DNA of 64,000 nucleotides from the human T2T-CHM13v2.0 reference genome, Homo sapiens (GCF_009914755.1 NC_060925.1), one strand, 5' to 3'; numbered from the stretch's first letter, positions 1-16,059 are shown. Program-made: numbers and translations. Notes: generated from the sequence alone by a model not told the origin.

Positions 1-55
1 CAGTGGGGCTATGTCACTCAAATAAAAATGTTATGCATAATCTAAGCCAGCCATG

Positions 56-56
<1 letters not shown>

Positions 57-88
<32 letters not shown>
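57..88. repeat. (CA)16 microsatellite
   Basis: Pure CA run read directly. Confidence 0.97.
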
Positions 89-90
<2 letters not shown>

Positions 91-290
91 TAGGATGAAT
101 AGGAACAAATCCATCCATTGCTATGACTTGGAAAGTGGTGCAAATGGTTTATCAATTGCCAACCTCATTTACCAAAGCCAACTCTGGAGAAAAATTATTA
201 AATTATTAAATACCAGCATGACAAAATTTCGTGAGAAAGAAGATATGATAACTTCAGATTTTCTTGTTAGAAAGATATTAGTATAGTGGC

Positions 291-740
<450 letters not shown>

Positions 741-2419
741 GTTAAACATTAAAACAATGCTACCATTCTGCGTTTTCTATATAGTATATTATCCAACTAT
801 AAGAAAATTCTGTCATCTCTACCTTGAAAATAGTATATACGTAGACTCTCAGAGTCAGAATGAATCTTAAAGGTTTGCCTGTCCACCTTCCCATCTCACT
901 CTTGGATCCCTTCCATAACAGCATTGACTGGTGTTTAACAAGAGTCTCCTTGAATGAAGTTAGTGACGAGAAACACTCTCTCAGCACAGGCCAATCATTC
1001 TGCTCTCAGGTCAATTATAATTTAAAATTCCAAGATGCCTTTTTCCAATTTCTACCCATTTTTTAGTTCTACCTCTGGTAGTCAAAAGAACAAGTTAAAT
1101 CACTCTTTCAACATGACTGTCATTACAATATTTATTATGCCAAACCTTCCCATCTCTCTGCTACTTGTTTTTTTCTCCAGGCTTAAGATCTCCAATTTAT
1201 TTAAGTTATTTTCCATTTATTTCACACATGTACGTTCTCTTCTCAATAAGACTCTTTTCATCTTGAAGAATGGTTCATATTCTATACTTTCATGTATTCA
1301 TAACAAATGCCTAACCTGATTAAGAGAATAGACATTTCACTATTTACACGTTAATTGTATAAGGCACCATAACAAGCCAGAAAAAGGTCACTGAGGAGCA
1401 AATGTGGATGCTAGGCAGAGGTTGTGGGGGCAAATAAAAGCTTAGTTTTGCTTTAAAACGAATGCAGATGTTTGGTATTTTTTTCATTCTACATGAAGGC
1501 AAGCTGCAGAACAGGATGTTCAGCTACTGAGCATACTAAAACTCATCCTAAAACATCACTTATTCAAATGAATCAAGCTGAAGTCATACTCCTCTGGAAA
1601 ATAAGTTACCATCTTCCTCTTGTCCTCAAACTAACAGAGATATATTCTTATTTGACCTGAATTATGAAAGATCAGTAAGACAAAAGCATCTTGAAAGCTA
1701 TCCTTCCCTAATCTTCAACTAAAGCAGAGTAAAACATCCCATAATTATATAATATGAAGCCCTTCCTTCATAGAGCACAAAAGAATCCCCCAATCCTTAA
1801 AAGATGGTGCTCTATTTCATTTCTAACAGATTTTTCCAGAAGATGGACACAAATCTCTTGGAAAAGAACATAGAAATACAAGTAAATATACTCCTGCTAG
1901 GAATTTCTCTTTGAAATCAAATATTTTGAGATTCATGAACACTAATATAAAGACTTCACTGACTACAGCCAACTTACCTGGACCCTCAATCCACTAGAAT
2001 ACTTCAAAACGCCTCTTTTATTAGAAAGGAGGAATAAGAGAACAGTTAAATAATGTCTGATATTTCTATATTATACAATTTTGAAACCAATAAATATGAT
2101 GTATATGGATTCTGGTTCCAATGGTACAAACGTCTAATAGTATTATACAAACATATCTGAAAAGATTTCAGAAAAGAAGGGGGTTTAAAATCCAAAACAC
2201 TAAAAAAAAATTAATAGTAATTCTATTGCCAAAATCTGGAATGAATTTTACTAATTGTGAGGAAAACAGGACTAGATTTAAAGGAATAATCACTGGAACA
2301 CATATGCTCCGATACCGATTAGCTTGCCTTCCTGTAAGTAAATAAAAAGATTCTTCAACTTCATTTCTGTAACACACTCACAAGCACACACACATACTCA
2401 CACTTTTGGTTGAACAGAT

Positions 2420-2950
2420 AAATGAAGCTCATTTGCTGGGATGATGGCACATTCGGTTTTAGATAAGTTCAGGGTCTGCTGAGTTGAGATGTCCAGTAGC
2501 CAATTGCATATTTTGAGTAAAGACTTGAGCTTTTTCAGTATATAGAAGGTATTTCAAATAATGGGAGATGATAAACTTGCCCAGGGAAAGCTAGAAGAAA
2601 AGAGATTCTAGGGCAGAACCACAAAGTGAAGGAAGAGAGGCTCACTCACAAAAGAACTGGGAAAGGGTGATCAAAGAGGCAGAAGAAAAGCCAAGTACTA
2701 GAAGCCAAAAGGAGAGGATGTTTAAAGAGGGAGAAAACAATCAGCAGGTCAAGTGCTCTAAGAGGTCAAGTCAGGTACAAACTAAAATATCCCTAGAGTT
2801 CATTGGTGAGAAGAGGGTCATTAATGGCCTTAGATAGATATTTTCAATGGGTTTATGGGGACTGAAGCATATAACAGTGGTTTAAGAAGTAAGTGGGAGG
2901 TGAGAAAGTATAAACACAGAGTAAGGACATCTCTTTCCAGAAGATATAAT
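2420..2950 (-). mobile_element. L2 fragment
   Basis: Purine-rich degenerate L2 antisense motifs (gttgagatgtccagtagcc, gtcaagtgctctaagaggtcaag); boundaries approximate. Confidence 0.55.
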
Positions 2951-3509
2951 GAATAATGCAATGAATAATCCTTATATATCAATCTTTCACAGCTTAAAAT
3001 GTCGTTAGAATTCATCCTTAGAATTTCTGGGTTGAAAGATACACATGTTTACAAAACCTTTGATAAAAATGCCAAATTGCCCTCACTTTTGTTAACTTCT
3101 AAGACAATTTGCAAGTTTGCCCTGCAACCATCAATTTAACTCAATCTTTTCCACTTCTTACATCTATATCACAATCTTATCGCTGCAATATTCAGAAAGG
3201 ATGACTTTTGGGTATTGCAAGAGCATGAAGCATTGGAGAAAATTTGAGGTACTTCATTTATTTCTTCAGTAAATATTTACTGAGAACCTAATATATGCTA
3301 GTGTGACAGAGTATTTTGGTAAACACAAAGAACTAGCTCTTCTAGTGGATGAGAAAAATATTTGACCCATAATTATTGATATAGTTATACTATTTCATTT
3401 GTGCTTAGTGTTATAAAGAAAACATTATGACAGGAGCTTAATCTTGTCTAGGAGCCAGGAAATGCTGAGTGAAAACAAAAGATGTGTAAGAGTTGGGGTA
3501 TCTGGGGTG

Positions 3510-3880
3510 CTGGGGTATCTGCAGTCATTTCAACCTAGTTGCCTCCTCTTTTATTGCACTCTCTTCAGTCTATCAGAAGAAGAACTGGAAACTACATTCC
3601 CAGAATCCTTTTCTCTTTATGGTCTGAGTTTAGAGTCTCACAATAAATAAAAGACAGAAAGGAAGAGAAGAAAGTGTTATTCTCCAGTGACAGTTGCAGA
3701 CTCCTGGTCAGACTGCAGAGGGAAAGTTTGCAGAGGATTTGGGGTGAGGGCCTGCAAATCATTTGCTTCAGTACTACAGGCAGCTGCAAGGGTTGGTAGC
3801 AACTTTTTAGAAGTTAATGCTAAAGGCTGAGCTCAGTCAGACTGAACCCCCAGCTCTCCCAGCAGCTGCATAAGCCTTTG
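3510..3880 (+). mobile_element. Ancient ERVL LTR fragment (LTR16/LTR33-like)
   Basis: ctggaaactacattcccagaatcc motif typical of this group. Confidence 0.4.
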
Positions 3881-5948
3881 ATGCCCTATAGGGGAGGAAA
3901 TGTTTCAGGAAGAAAGAATAAACTGTTAGAAGGCCCTGAAGTGGGAAGACACTTGGCCATGTTTGGAAGAGCCACTATGGCTGGGGCACAGTGAGTAAGG
4001 AAGGGGGAAGCCCAGTCAGATTGTTCAGAAAACAATGGAAACCTTAGCGTGCTATCCAAAAAGAACGCTAGTAACTCAAACAAATACAACTTTAAAAGAT
4101 GCATGATAATAAGGAATTTAGGCTAGCTCTTCTTTAACCAGAAAATTGTATCAAGCAGAAAATCCTATTTGCCAAACGTTGAGTTTGTAATGGATGCGTT
4201 ACTGCCAAATTCATATTATTTTTCTCATCATTTAATAATTTGTAGATTTTGAAGATCACATTAAGAGGTCCTCAAGACAGTTAATAACTCCTTAAAGGTA
4301 TTTTGTGACTTCCTTCAGTTCATGTTCAGTCTTCCTCTCTCTAATCAATCCATTAACAAATATTTATTGAGCAGTTTCTTTGACCAAAGCACGAGTTAGA
4401 CACTGTGGGATTACAGCTGATATAGGATGAGGCAAAAATCATCACATAGTTTAAAACCAACATAGCAGGGTGTTCAGTTCATATCTCTAGTTTAAAGAAT
4501 GCCTTGTTCAATAATTTATATGTCCATTAAATTTGAATTAATAAGAACGCGCAAGTGTTGGGTTTTTACCACATGCTAGGTCCTCAGCCTGACGTAGCCC
4601 CACTCCCTTTGCTTATAGAGCTCCTAAGCATTCTTCAAGATGCAACTCAACTGTCACATGTAAAATCTTCCCTGACACCCACACCCCAGGCTGTTGAATC
4701 TCCCTCCTCTATACTCACAAAGCCATCTGTACTTACCTGTACTACAGTGCTTAGCACATTTTCTTGTAATTACATGTTTACACTATAAGTTTCTATCCAA
4801 TAGAAGCAGAACAGTATTCCTCACTGTGTCCTCACTGCCGATAATGTTGCCTAACAGAAACTTAATAAATGTTTTCATCAATTAATTAATTTGGTGAACA
4901 AATTCCAGACATACCTGGCAGGAATATACTCCCTTACAAAGATAACATGTCATTTTGTTTGACCATGGACTTTTCTTTCCAGGAAGGCTTATCTGATTTC
5001 TTTTCTCTTGAGGATTTTAGCATTTTCTGTTTCAGTCAGATCTCCTGAATTATTTTGTTGTCTTCATGGGAGCTCCGTCCTTTTGCTTATTAACTGCCAT
5101 CTTGTATATCTGGCCCATGATTGACAGCAACTGGAATCTATGAGCAGAAAATCAATAATGCAAGGCCTTCAGACAGTCTATGGATGCTCTTGAAGAAGCT
5201 GGTTTCTTGGTCTCAGTGGCAGTAACTGATCAGAAAATGTAAAACTAGCGAGCCATGAATAGAAACAATGTACAGTCAGCCGCACTGTTTCTTTGCATGA
5301 GAGGGTTTTTATATTGGTTTCCCGTGTTTAAATTCTGTGATGTTTCTCAAACCCTGGAGGGGGATGAAAAAACGAATATACAGAAAAGAAAGAAGGAAAG
5401 GGAGAACTGAGTGAAAATTGTGAAGTGTGCAGATTTGTATTCATTTGTTTTCTCATTGCCACACTAACCTTCACCAGTCCTTAAGCTTTAGGGATCCTAA
5501 ATGTAAATTTGTTCTTTAACATAACATTTTCCTTGTTCAAGTATAAGTGACACTCCAGTAGACATGAAAGATTCGAGACTTATTACTTGCAAGTTAGCAT
5601 TTTACTGCTAATGTAGTCTGCCACCCTTTACCTCCTAGTTTTATGGTTGTCTAATTATAGCCCGCAGGCCTATGGTGGTCCTTTGCTACTTCAACTGGAA
5701 TGTAGCTCCAGTGAATTCTCCCCATTAGGACCTCCCACTGAGTTATTGATTATTAAGGTAATGCAGTTTCAGGGTGCATATCTTTAACATAGAAATGTAA
5801 AAAAACGAATGGCTTGCAATTGGATGATTTTTAAAAAGAAGAAAAAAGAAACTTCCTTAATGGAGAGTCCTCTATGCTATTTAGGTTACTGTTAATTTAA
5901 AATATTTTAAGACAAAGCACTTTCCCTGTCAAGCGATTCTGTGAACAG

Positions 5949-5949
<1 letters not shown>

Positions 5950-5985
<36 letters not shown>
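5950..5985. repeat. (ATT)12 microsatellite
   Basis: Read directly. Confidence 0.95.
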
Positions 5986-5990
<5 letters not shown>

Positions 5991-6051
5991 TACTATTTTA
6001 AATCTTTAAGTAAATGCAGTTGATGTAGAAAAAAGCTGGCAATTTACATCT

Positions 6052-6146
6052 AAGAAATAAAGAAGAAGAGAAGATGGAAGGAATAAAGGAAGGAAGGAGG
6101 AGGGGAGGAGAATGGAGGGAGGAAGAGACGGAGGGAAAGGAAGGAG
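6052..6146. repeat. GA-rich polypurine low-complexity tract
   Basis: Almost exclusively A/G. Confidence 0.85.
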
Positions 6147-9070
6147 CCACACTTGTCAAATTCAACAGACATTTTTTAAGTAGAGAAAGTACAAAGAGAG
6201 CCCCTTCATAAGCAAAAAAAAAAAAAAAAAAAAAAGGTCAGGTGGCAACCTTCCTATTAATAAAGCATTCTGATTTTGGACATCTGATCTAGGCAGTAGG
6301 AAACAAAAGAGAAAGGAAGCTGAAGCCTCTTCATTATTTAGATGGAAAAAATATGACTCTGGGTTATAACGGAACAATCCTTCATGGCAAGCCTCCATGG
6401 GAGCCCACACGCAAGATAAATATCAGCAAATGGCATGCAGGAAATGGAGTTTGTTAGATAAATTGTCTGTAGGTGAGGCTTCCGTGATAGAGCATTCCCT
6501 TTTCTCCGCTCACGGAAGACACTTTCATTTGTAGAGCCGCTCTTCAGCGCTGATGCCCACCATTAAAGTTACAGGAGCAGCAACGACAAGAAAGCACTGG
6601 TAGGTGAGTAATAAGGAAAAGAGGATGAATTGGGTGGGTGCCCCCCAAATCTGAGCTTAAATGCCCAAACCAGACACCTTATTTTAGGTGAATTCAAGAA
6701 TCAGAGGCTGATAAATTCACTTGACTCTCGGAGAGGAAATAGAATCATCAATCACGTCTTTAACCACAAAATCTATGGAAAACAGACCCAACAGCGGGTC
6801 TCAGAGGTGATCATGATTAGTTTTTGAGGATTCAGGAATCCTACTGTCTTCAAATTCCTGAGAAAGATAAATGCCGTTTGCTTGAGAGTTACATAATGTA
6901 TTACCCAAAAGCATGCTGAAAAATACAAAATGCCATTTAATGTTAGGTCATATCAATTCATTGTTGTATTTTCTTTCTTGATGAAAGCAGTGCCAATTTG
7001 CAAATTTAAAAGCAAAAGCTAAATCGAACCCTCAGAGGCTGTCTGCCATTTATGTAACGATTTGGGTGGAGGCATTTGAATCCTAAATGGTCCAAAGAGG
7101 GCCAATTATCATTCGATGGGTATCGTAAGCATTACTATTATTCATTAGCCAGGTTCATCTGCAGATCTTAAAAATCTTTGCCAAACAAGTACCATTAACC
7201 AGGCCCCTCTGGATGGGATCTCCAGAGAAGGTCGCAAGGCATAGAAAGGTTAAGAGATGCAGGTTCAGATTTAGAATTAAGCTGGGGATCAGGGATGTGC
7301 ATCAAACAAAGCCACTGACCAAATAGATTCTGCTTTGTCTCAGAAGTCCAGTACCCAAGAGACCCTTGAAAGCAAATAAGGTACTAACAGCCATTAATTA
7401 ACGTAAGGGTGGGTCCTAGTTTAATGGGAAGGTGTTGACTTTTTTATTAGCAGAAGGACTGTTTTTAATTGGATTTGATAATAACACCTCCTGAGCCATA
7501 TAAACACCAGAACAGTTCTTAGACTATAAATTTAAAATTCCAGACTTGAGTTGCCAAGGAGAAAGGACATTAATAATGCTCTCTTCCCTAAAGGGAAAGG
7601 CTAGGCTAAAATAAAAGGGAATCTGGAAGAGGCTAGCCTTGGAGGAGGTGGTAACAGAGTAGGGACCTGGGGTTAGGGGTAATTTCTTTGGTGGTTCTCT
7701 GGAGTCACAGCCAGTACCATCCCCTCCCCCATCTGCTGCAGGTCAGACTCACACTTCTGATGAGTTGCAAATGTTTTATAAAGCTTTTTTTTATTCCTTT
7801 TAGGATAGGTTTCCTGTCCCATTAAAAAAAAAATCCCCACAAACTTTCAGCTCTCTTTTAAGCAAACTGCTGTCTGTATGCTGTAATTACGTTTCATTTT
7901 TTTGCATTGACTCCACCGGATGGAGGGTGCCATAAATCATATGAACAAATGTTCAAGCTAAAATCCTCTCTGTGAGCACCATAATTTAAGTGAATTCATT
8001 CTCAGTTCATCTCTTGGAGACATGATCTCATAGCATCTGTTCTGCACAAAGATAGCCATCTTCATTACCTGGGAAAATAGCAATGAGTTTATCCCAGATC
8101 ACTTTGGATAGGCTCTTTCTTTATTCATTCATGCATTCAAATATTTATTGTTTTCATATTATGCAAAAGGCATATATATATGTGTGTGTGTGTATATATG
8201 TATGTATACATACATACATACGTACATGTCATGAAGGAATTTTTTAAATGTGCATTAGTTGTAATTGTTTTGTTTTCCTGAGAAACCACTCCGCTTCATG
8301 TGTTGAACACTTACTTAGTTGGTGATACATAAGCAAATTTCTCTGCACCTTCTCCAGCCTGCATTTACCACCCAGCAGTGCAGAGAGGAATTTTGGCAAT
8401 GACCTCAAAGCGGGGCTCTTCCTTATAATTCCTTTGCTGGGTAGAATTTCATGAGAGCAACAGCAGATGTGTGACCCGGTTTACAAGAAGATTCATTTGA
8501 TGGTTTTCTTTTGCCCTATTTTGATTGGTTTGCATCTTGAGCATTATCTTAAGATGAAAAATAGACTGCATATTGATGCAGCTTGAAATTTCAAAAGCAG
8601 CGGGGCTTATTTAGTCTTAGACAGTTTAAACATACTTGAACACCACTGCAGTACGACACCAACTTAGTAACACAACTGTTACTACCTACTACTTACCAAG
8701 GCTCAGTTTGTACTATTTGGTCAGCATGCTGTTGTTATTAATTATTTTAACTAATGTGAACTGAAACACCATAACATACTCTGGTTCACCACAGGCCCCA
8801 CTACTCCCTATTTATTATCCTACCTCTTCTCCTCTTCACCCTCATAACCTAGACTGAGACAGGTCTCCTTTTGTTAAAATCATAGGACAGTGACAGGAGC
8901 ATTTTACCAAGTACAAGAGTGGTATGCAGATCAGATCTTCATTCGAGAAGACTAGTTAATAGACTGAAATAGACTAAATAAGGAACATCAAAGGCTGGAA
9001 TGAAAAACTGGTGAGGTTATAATGTTGGGCTGAAATCAAGATAAATTTTAATAGGGATAAATGTGAAGTC

Positions 9071-10627
<1,557 letters not shown>

Positions 10628-12578
10628 TCATGCATGGATTTTAAAATACATAGGCTTTTTAGTTGACAGTAAGCTCAACATGAATCAGTAGTATAAGATG
10701 TGGCTACAAATTTTTTTTTTTTTTAGTAATTTGAAGTGGCAACTCAGAGTGTGGAATCCAGATCAAGAGAATGATGAGTCTGTGTGCTGTATTGTTTAAA
10801 CTTTAAGAGAGACATTAACCAACTGGATCTCACCTGAGAAGTGATCTGATTGGAAGAGAGAATTTTAAACCATTTCTTGTAACAGCTGAAGAAACAAGAA
10901 CTACTACCCTAATAAGGGAAAGACTTAATATATGATTGATTTTCTCAAATATTTCAAAGACTTTTTTTAGAAAGAATCATTTTATTCTCTACTGATCAAG
11001 AAAAAGAAGTCATATTCAGTCTATCAGATCCATGAAGAAGTTCATACTTAGTTTTTTCTTTGTCTTTATTTAACTCAAATTCAGTGTGGATATTTATGAT
11101 AATCTGTTTCCTTTATAGATGATCTGTTTGTTGCTCAAGTTGACAAATACTATAACTAAGTCATCCTGCTTTCTGCTTGCAGGACAGGCATAAACTGTGG
11201 GATATGACTGATCCACAGTACTACATGTGTAGGAAAGTTGTGCAAAAAAGCTGGAAAGGTCGGTGGGGCTAAGAGGTCAGAGTGCCTGAAATGTGGATCT
11301 TTCAGGCTGAATTTTATTTTGTAGACAATGCAAACAACTAAGGAGAAACATGATGCACATTGCAATAGTCAGAAGCTGGAGGGGCTTTATTAGGCAACAT
11401 GGTTGGAGAATGTCAGCTCAGCACACCAAAGGACTGATGCAGGAGGCATTTCCAGGCAGACTAAACCAAGAATTCAGTCTGGGTATACACATACACACAC
11501 ACACACACCATCCCAACCCTAACCCAGCATTCCCATGTCACACTGTGAAGGGGGTAAGCAAACAACAATAATGATACAGAGCCTGAGATGGTAAATAAAA
11601 TACTCAATGTGAGTAAACTGCTGCTTACTAACCATCTCATGCCACCAGATTACCATTTAGGCTGAGGCCTTAACAAGTTCATTTGCCTTTACCTATACCA
11701 GAACCATTACCTTAACTGCTCAACAAACCCATTGTTAGATGGGCACATCGCTAGGGAGTGGAGAAGCAGTCCATGAAATGGAATGACTAGGTCTCTGCAG
11801 CCCAAAACTCTAACTTGGTTAAGTTTCTCGGGCATGGATTGAAATATATACTTTTATATTTGAGATCATGTAGCCATAGAATGAACCAATGCAGATGGTG
11901 AAAGTGGCACTGTTACCAAAACTTGCTCTACCTCGACCTTGGGCATGCATATACAATATATTTACTTAGCACATTTTCTCCGTTTATTAGGATGAGAACA
12001 ATTCACATGTCCACTACTATTTCCTCAGCAAAAGTATAAAACGCTATAGATCATAGGTGGGTTATTTTCACTCTTTTCTGCTTTCCAGACTTGATGAGTG
12101 AGGAGGGCCCTCTCATCCGTCCATGTTTCTTAATAACCAGTGTTGCGCATGGTGTGCTGTGCTTCACCCTAAAGCTGCTCTGGGTGGTGGTGACGATGGT
12201 GAAATTTAAGACATTCAGAGCAAATACTTACACAACATAGGTTATTATGACTACAATTGCTATGATTTTTATGATTCCTGATCCTACAGTAATCCAGGGG
12301 GTAGTTAATCACTCCCTTGGTGAAAACTGTTTACCCATAAACACTTTCATGAAGGCTGAGTAGCAATTACGGTAATGGTTCTGGTATAGGTAAAGGCAAA
12401 TGACCTCGTTAAGGCCTTGGCCTAAATGGTACCCTGGTGGCCTGAGAATGTTAGTAAGCAGCAGTTTACTCGCACTGAATATTTTGTTTACCATATCTCA
12501 AGCCCTCTATCATTATTGTTGTTTGCTTACCACCCTTCACAGTGTGACATGGGAATGCTGGGTTAGGGCTGGGATGGT

Positions 12579-12583
<5 letters not shown>

Positions 12584-12617
<34 letters not shown>

Positions 12618-12620
12618 TGC
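12584..12620. repeat. (TG)n microsatellite ending in cgcgtgc
   Basis: Alternating purine/pyrimidine run, read directly. Confidence 0.95.
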
Positions 12621-15484
12621 CCAGAGGTTTTCAACTGCTGGCTAGGAGTCTGCACATCTTGAACTGCAAGTTTAGGTACTCGGGTGACAGTCATCTCCTT
12701 TATTCTCAGGAATTAGTGGCGTTAATCTTGGTTTAACCACACTCAAATCCTGTAATCACTCATCCACTGATTTGTTTCAGCCAATGTCATAAATCCATCT
12801 AAATCCTTTACCTATGGAGAGAGAGAGAAAACCCTGAAAAGAATTATTCACTTGACTAGCCTGCTGGTGCTGTCATAAAACACTACTTAATTATTACTAA
12901 CACTGCAACATTTAATGGATTTCCATTATAGGACTTCTAATCCTTTACTCTCTGTGGGTGGTAGACTCTTTGAAGAGAGCACAGCATCTTCTAAGATGCC
13001 CAGGGTTGTTATTATTCATGGCCAACAAAGTGGCCATGACCACACAGGGTCCAGCCTATACGGCCTTTGCTTCAGATTGTTCAGCACTGGCCAGAGCCGA
13101 GTCCAAGCCAAGATTTACTTAGTGGAGTACAAAATCTTACTGATTCTTTAAAGAGCACAACAGGCCATCCACATAGCCTTATACCAATTGAGAAAGAGGG
13201 AGAATGAGAAGAATGAAAAAACACGATGTTTTACATATAGGTATTCCTTTAAAAGTGAAAGGGCCAGGATGTTGGCCAAGCACCCTGTCTCTATGCACCT
13301 GGTCCTTCCCTTCCTATTTCGGCAGTTTTCTAGAGGACAGCCTTCTGATTTTTGTTTTATTCTTGCCAATTTCCTAGTTCACAGGTGTGATGAAGAAAGG
13401 TTCTTTTTCCTCTATAGGGCTGGAATCTTAAATGATATAATATGGACTCACCAGAAATTAGTAATTAAACCAATTCTAGTCTACATGATGGTTCAACCCA
13501 CATAACTGTACAACCCACTGAATGTAAAACAAAAACAAGTTTTCAATGATGCCTTTTCTACCTCTAGCCTCACCTCTAGGCTACCTCTAGGCCCAGGTTA
13601 TGCTTCTCACTACTCCACATAAGGTAGAACTTAGCCTGGCAGAGGAAGATGGGTGGAAAGGAGCTCTGGGTTGACCTAATTTGGTCAGAGGAAGGACAGT
13701 GATTCTGCCCATAGGTTCTAGCAGGTGTAACAACAATGGCATGGATGGCAGTGTGTGTGCATGCACTGGTGCATACATGTATACTTCATCAGCTCACCCA
13801 AAGTGAAAGCCACTGAGGTCAGTCTATTGCAGGGCTGGCTGGGTTTGGTCATGGTTCTTACAGGTAATGGTCAGACTGTCCTGTGCTGGAGTGTGGGTGC
13901 CTGAGCAGCCCACCAGTTTTCTCAGTCTTTCCCTAAAACCAATATCACTCTTACAATTCAATCATAGCATTTGCTCCAAAGCCATATTCCCGTATTTTAA
14001 CAGCTTGTTTCATCTTTGTTATGACTGAGGACTTACAAAGGCTTCATCTAATTTAGGAAACAATCTGGTGACCAAAAAGAATTTTCTCAGAGACTCCACC
14101 AGCACAACTTCGCAATGCCATAAATCTTCAAAGAGCCAACAAATTTAAATGAAAAAAAGCTCATGTTTTCAATTAAGATTCAGATTTTGTTTTACGTCAC
14201 TATTTAGGCATCAAAACAGGAGTAGCTGACCAAAACCATCTCAACATCATACAAAAGAGGAAAGAGGCAACAAAGACTCCAGAAGTACTGTGTCTGGTCC
14301 AGATGGCACACTTTGAGTCTAAAAATTCAGTAACAAATCTGCAGGGTTGTTGGTGTGTATGTGTTGTTTCATTTTTAATATCCCACACAGGTGGCTTGAT
14401 TTGTCTATCCACAGAAGGATTACAACCAGCAAGTTGGAAGGAATTAGCCTCCAATTAAACTTCCATGCCACCTGCCTGGCAGCTTCTAGAACTAGACAGG
14501 GGCAGGTCATAGGTTCAAAGAAACTTGAGATTTGCAGGAGCTATAGGAGGAGAGAAATGGAGCTCCTGTTCCCTCCTCTAGCCCTAAATGTTCTCAGCTA
14601 GATTAGGCACTCCCAGCACACAGGAGGCCCAACTTGCCTTTCCTATTTTCTAGGATGCTATTGTTTGCTTAATCCTCCCCTTGGGCTATCTAATCCTCAC
14701 TTAACCACAAGTTAAGGACATTGCACCCACTTGGAACGCAGAGGAAACCAAGGCACAGAGCACTTAATACAGTGCAGGGTAGTCAGCGACCAATCAACGG
14801 CATTTAAAAAGGGTCACTTTATAGCAGAAAAAAAGACCACAGAAGGAAAGGATGGAAAGGAAGTCCATGAATAAGCTTATGTATGTATGTTTTTTCTTTA
14901 GAAAACAGAATTAGGAAGCAAGAAGTTTTTTTTTTTTTAACTTTGGGAGTCAAGAAAAAAAATATATACAGCCTTGCTGCCTGACCAGTATGAACAGTGC
15001 TATTGAGGAAAGTGTATGCAAAGTGTTTCCTGAATGGCTCACTTCACAAGACCCAGCACACTCAGGTAACAGCTGATGTCCTGGCATCAAGCACCAGGGC
15101 CAGAACATGGCAGGAAGCAGATGGTGTCATATTTCCTGGGTCTCACTGTCCAGTTGAGTTCAGCACCTGTCAAGTACAAAATGAAACGTCTCTCTTTTCA
15201 CAGAGCACCACACACATGGCAACCTGGGGTAGCAGCCATGGCAGTAACAGGAGTTCAGGAGAAAGAAGCTTCTGAGGCACTGGGGCATTCTGACTGAAGA
15301 CAAGGAGGGCACAGGGCAGAACTGGCAGCAGGAGGTCATTCTCTCTTTTCATCCATTTAACAGACAGAGCAGAGTGGTTAGCAAGTCAGATGCTGAGAGA
15401 GCCAGTGGAAATTCAGTCACAGCAAAAAAAAAAAAAAAAAAGTTAAACAGCTAAGCAAATTCTTGAGTGACCAGATGGACAGTC

Positions 15485-15497
15485 AGGTCACAGGTCA
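15485..15497 (+). promoter_or_regulatory. Perfect DR1 nuclear-receptor motif AGGTCAcAGGTCA (putative)
   Basis: Exact direct repeat of two AGGTCA half-sites outside Alu; function not shown. Confidence 0.35.
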
Positions 15498-16059
15498 TCA
15501 AATCAGTCACGCAATGCCACATAAAGTAGCAGGCTGGCACTAACAGGGAAGATCCACCTGGCAGGCTGGCAGACAGGCCTGCAGGGCATGGCACAGCTAT
15601 CTAAGAAGAGTCTGAGAAGGGAGACAATGAGAAATGGGGGTCCCCTCAAAACCAAACCCTCTTAACCTGGTCAAGCTCCCCACATTAGCATCATTCCTTT
15701 GGGTTAGACTAATGTCTGCAAAGCAAAAATACATAACATCCTAAGTTACATCATGAACATTTATTTACTGATCAGTAGCTCAGTAAATACAGATATTATG
15801 TGTGTGTTTGCTCATCAGTATGCTCTACACAGAGAATTAGTTAGCCATCCTTGGCGGTGAGCAAGATCCTGGGGACCTATTAAGAGACCCATATATGTTG
15901 ATGGGTATAGAGAAAGGGGAAGGAATAAAGCTCTCAGAGCTGCAGGCAGGAAGGTGGAAAAGAAGCCTAGGGGTGCAGAGGACAATAAAAGACCCTTAAG
16001 GGAGCTGTGGGTTGGGGCTTAAGGGAGTACTTGGGAATAAATCTTACCAGCTGGGGACA

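Noticed and set aside
13080-13098. REST/NRSE-like TTCAGCAC half-site
   Set aside because: Right half and spacing are non-canonical
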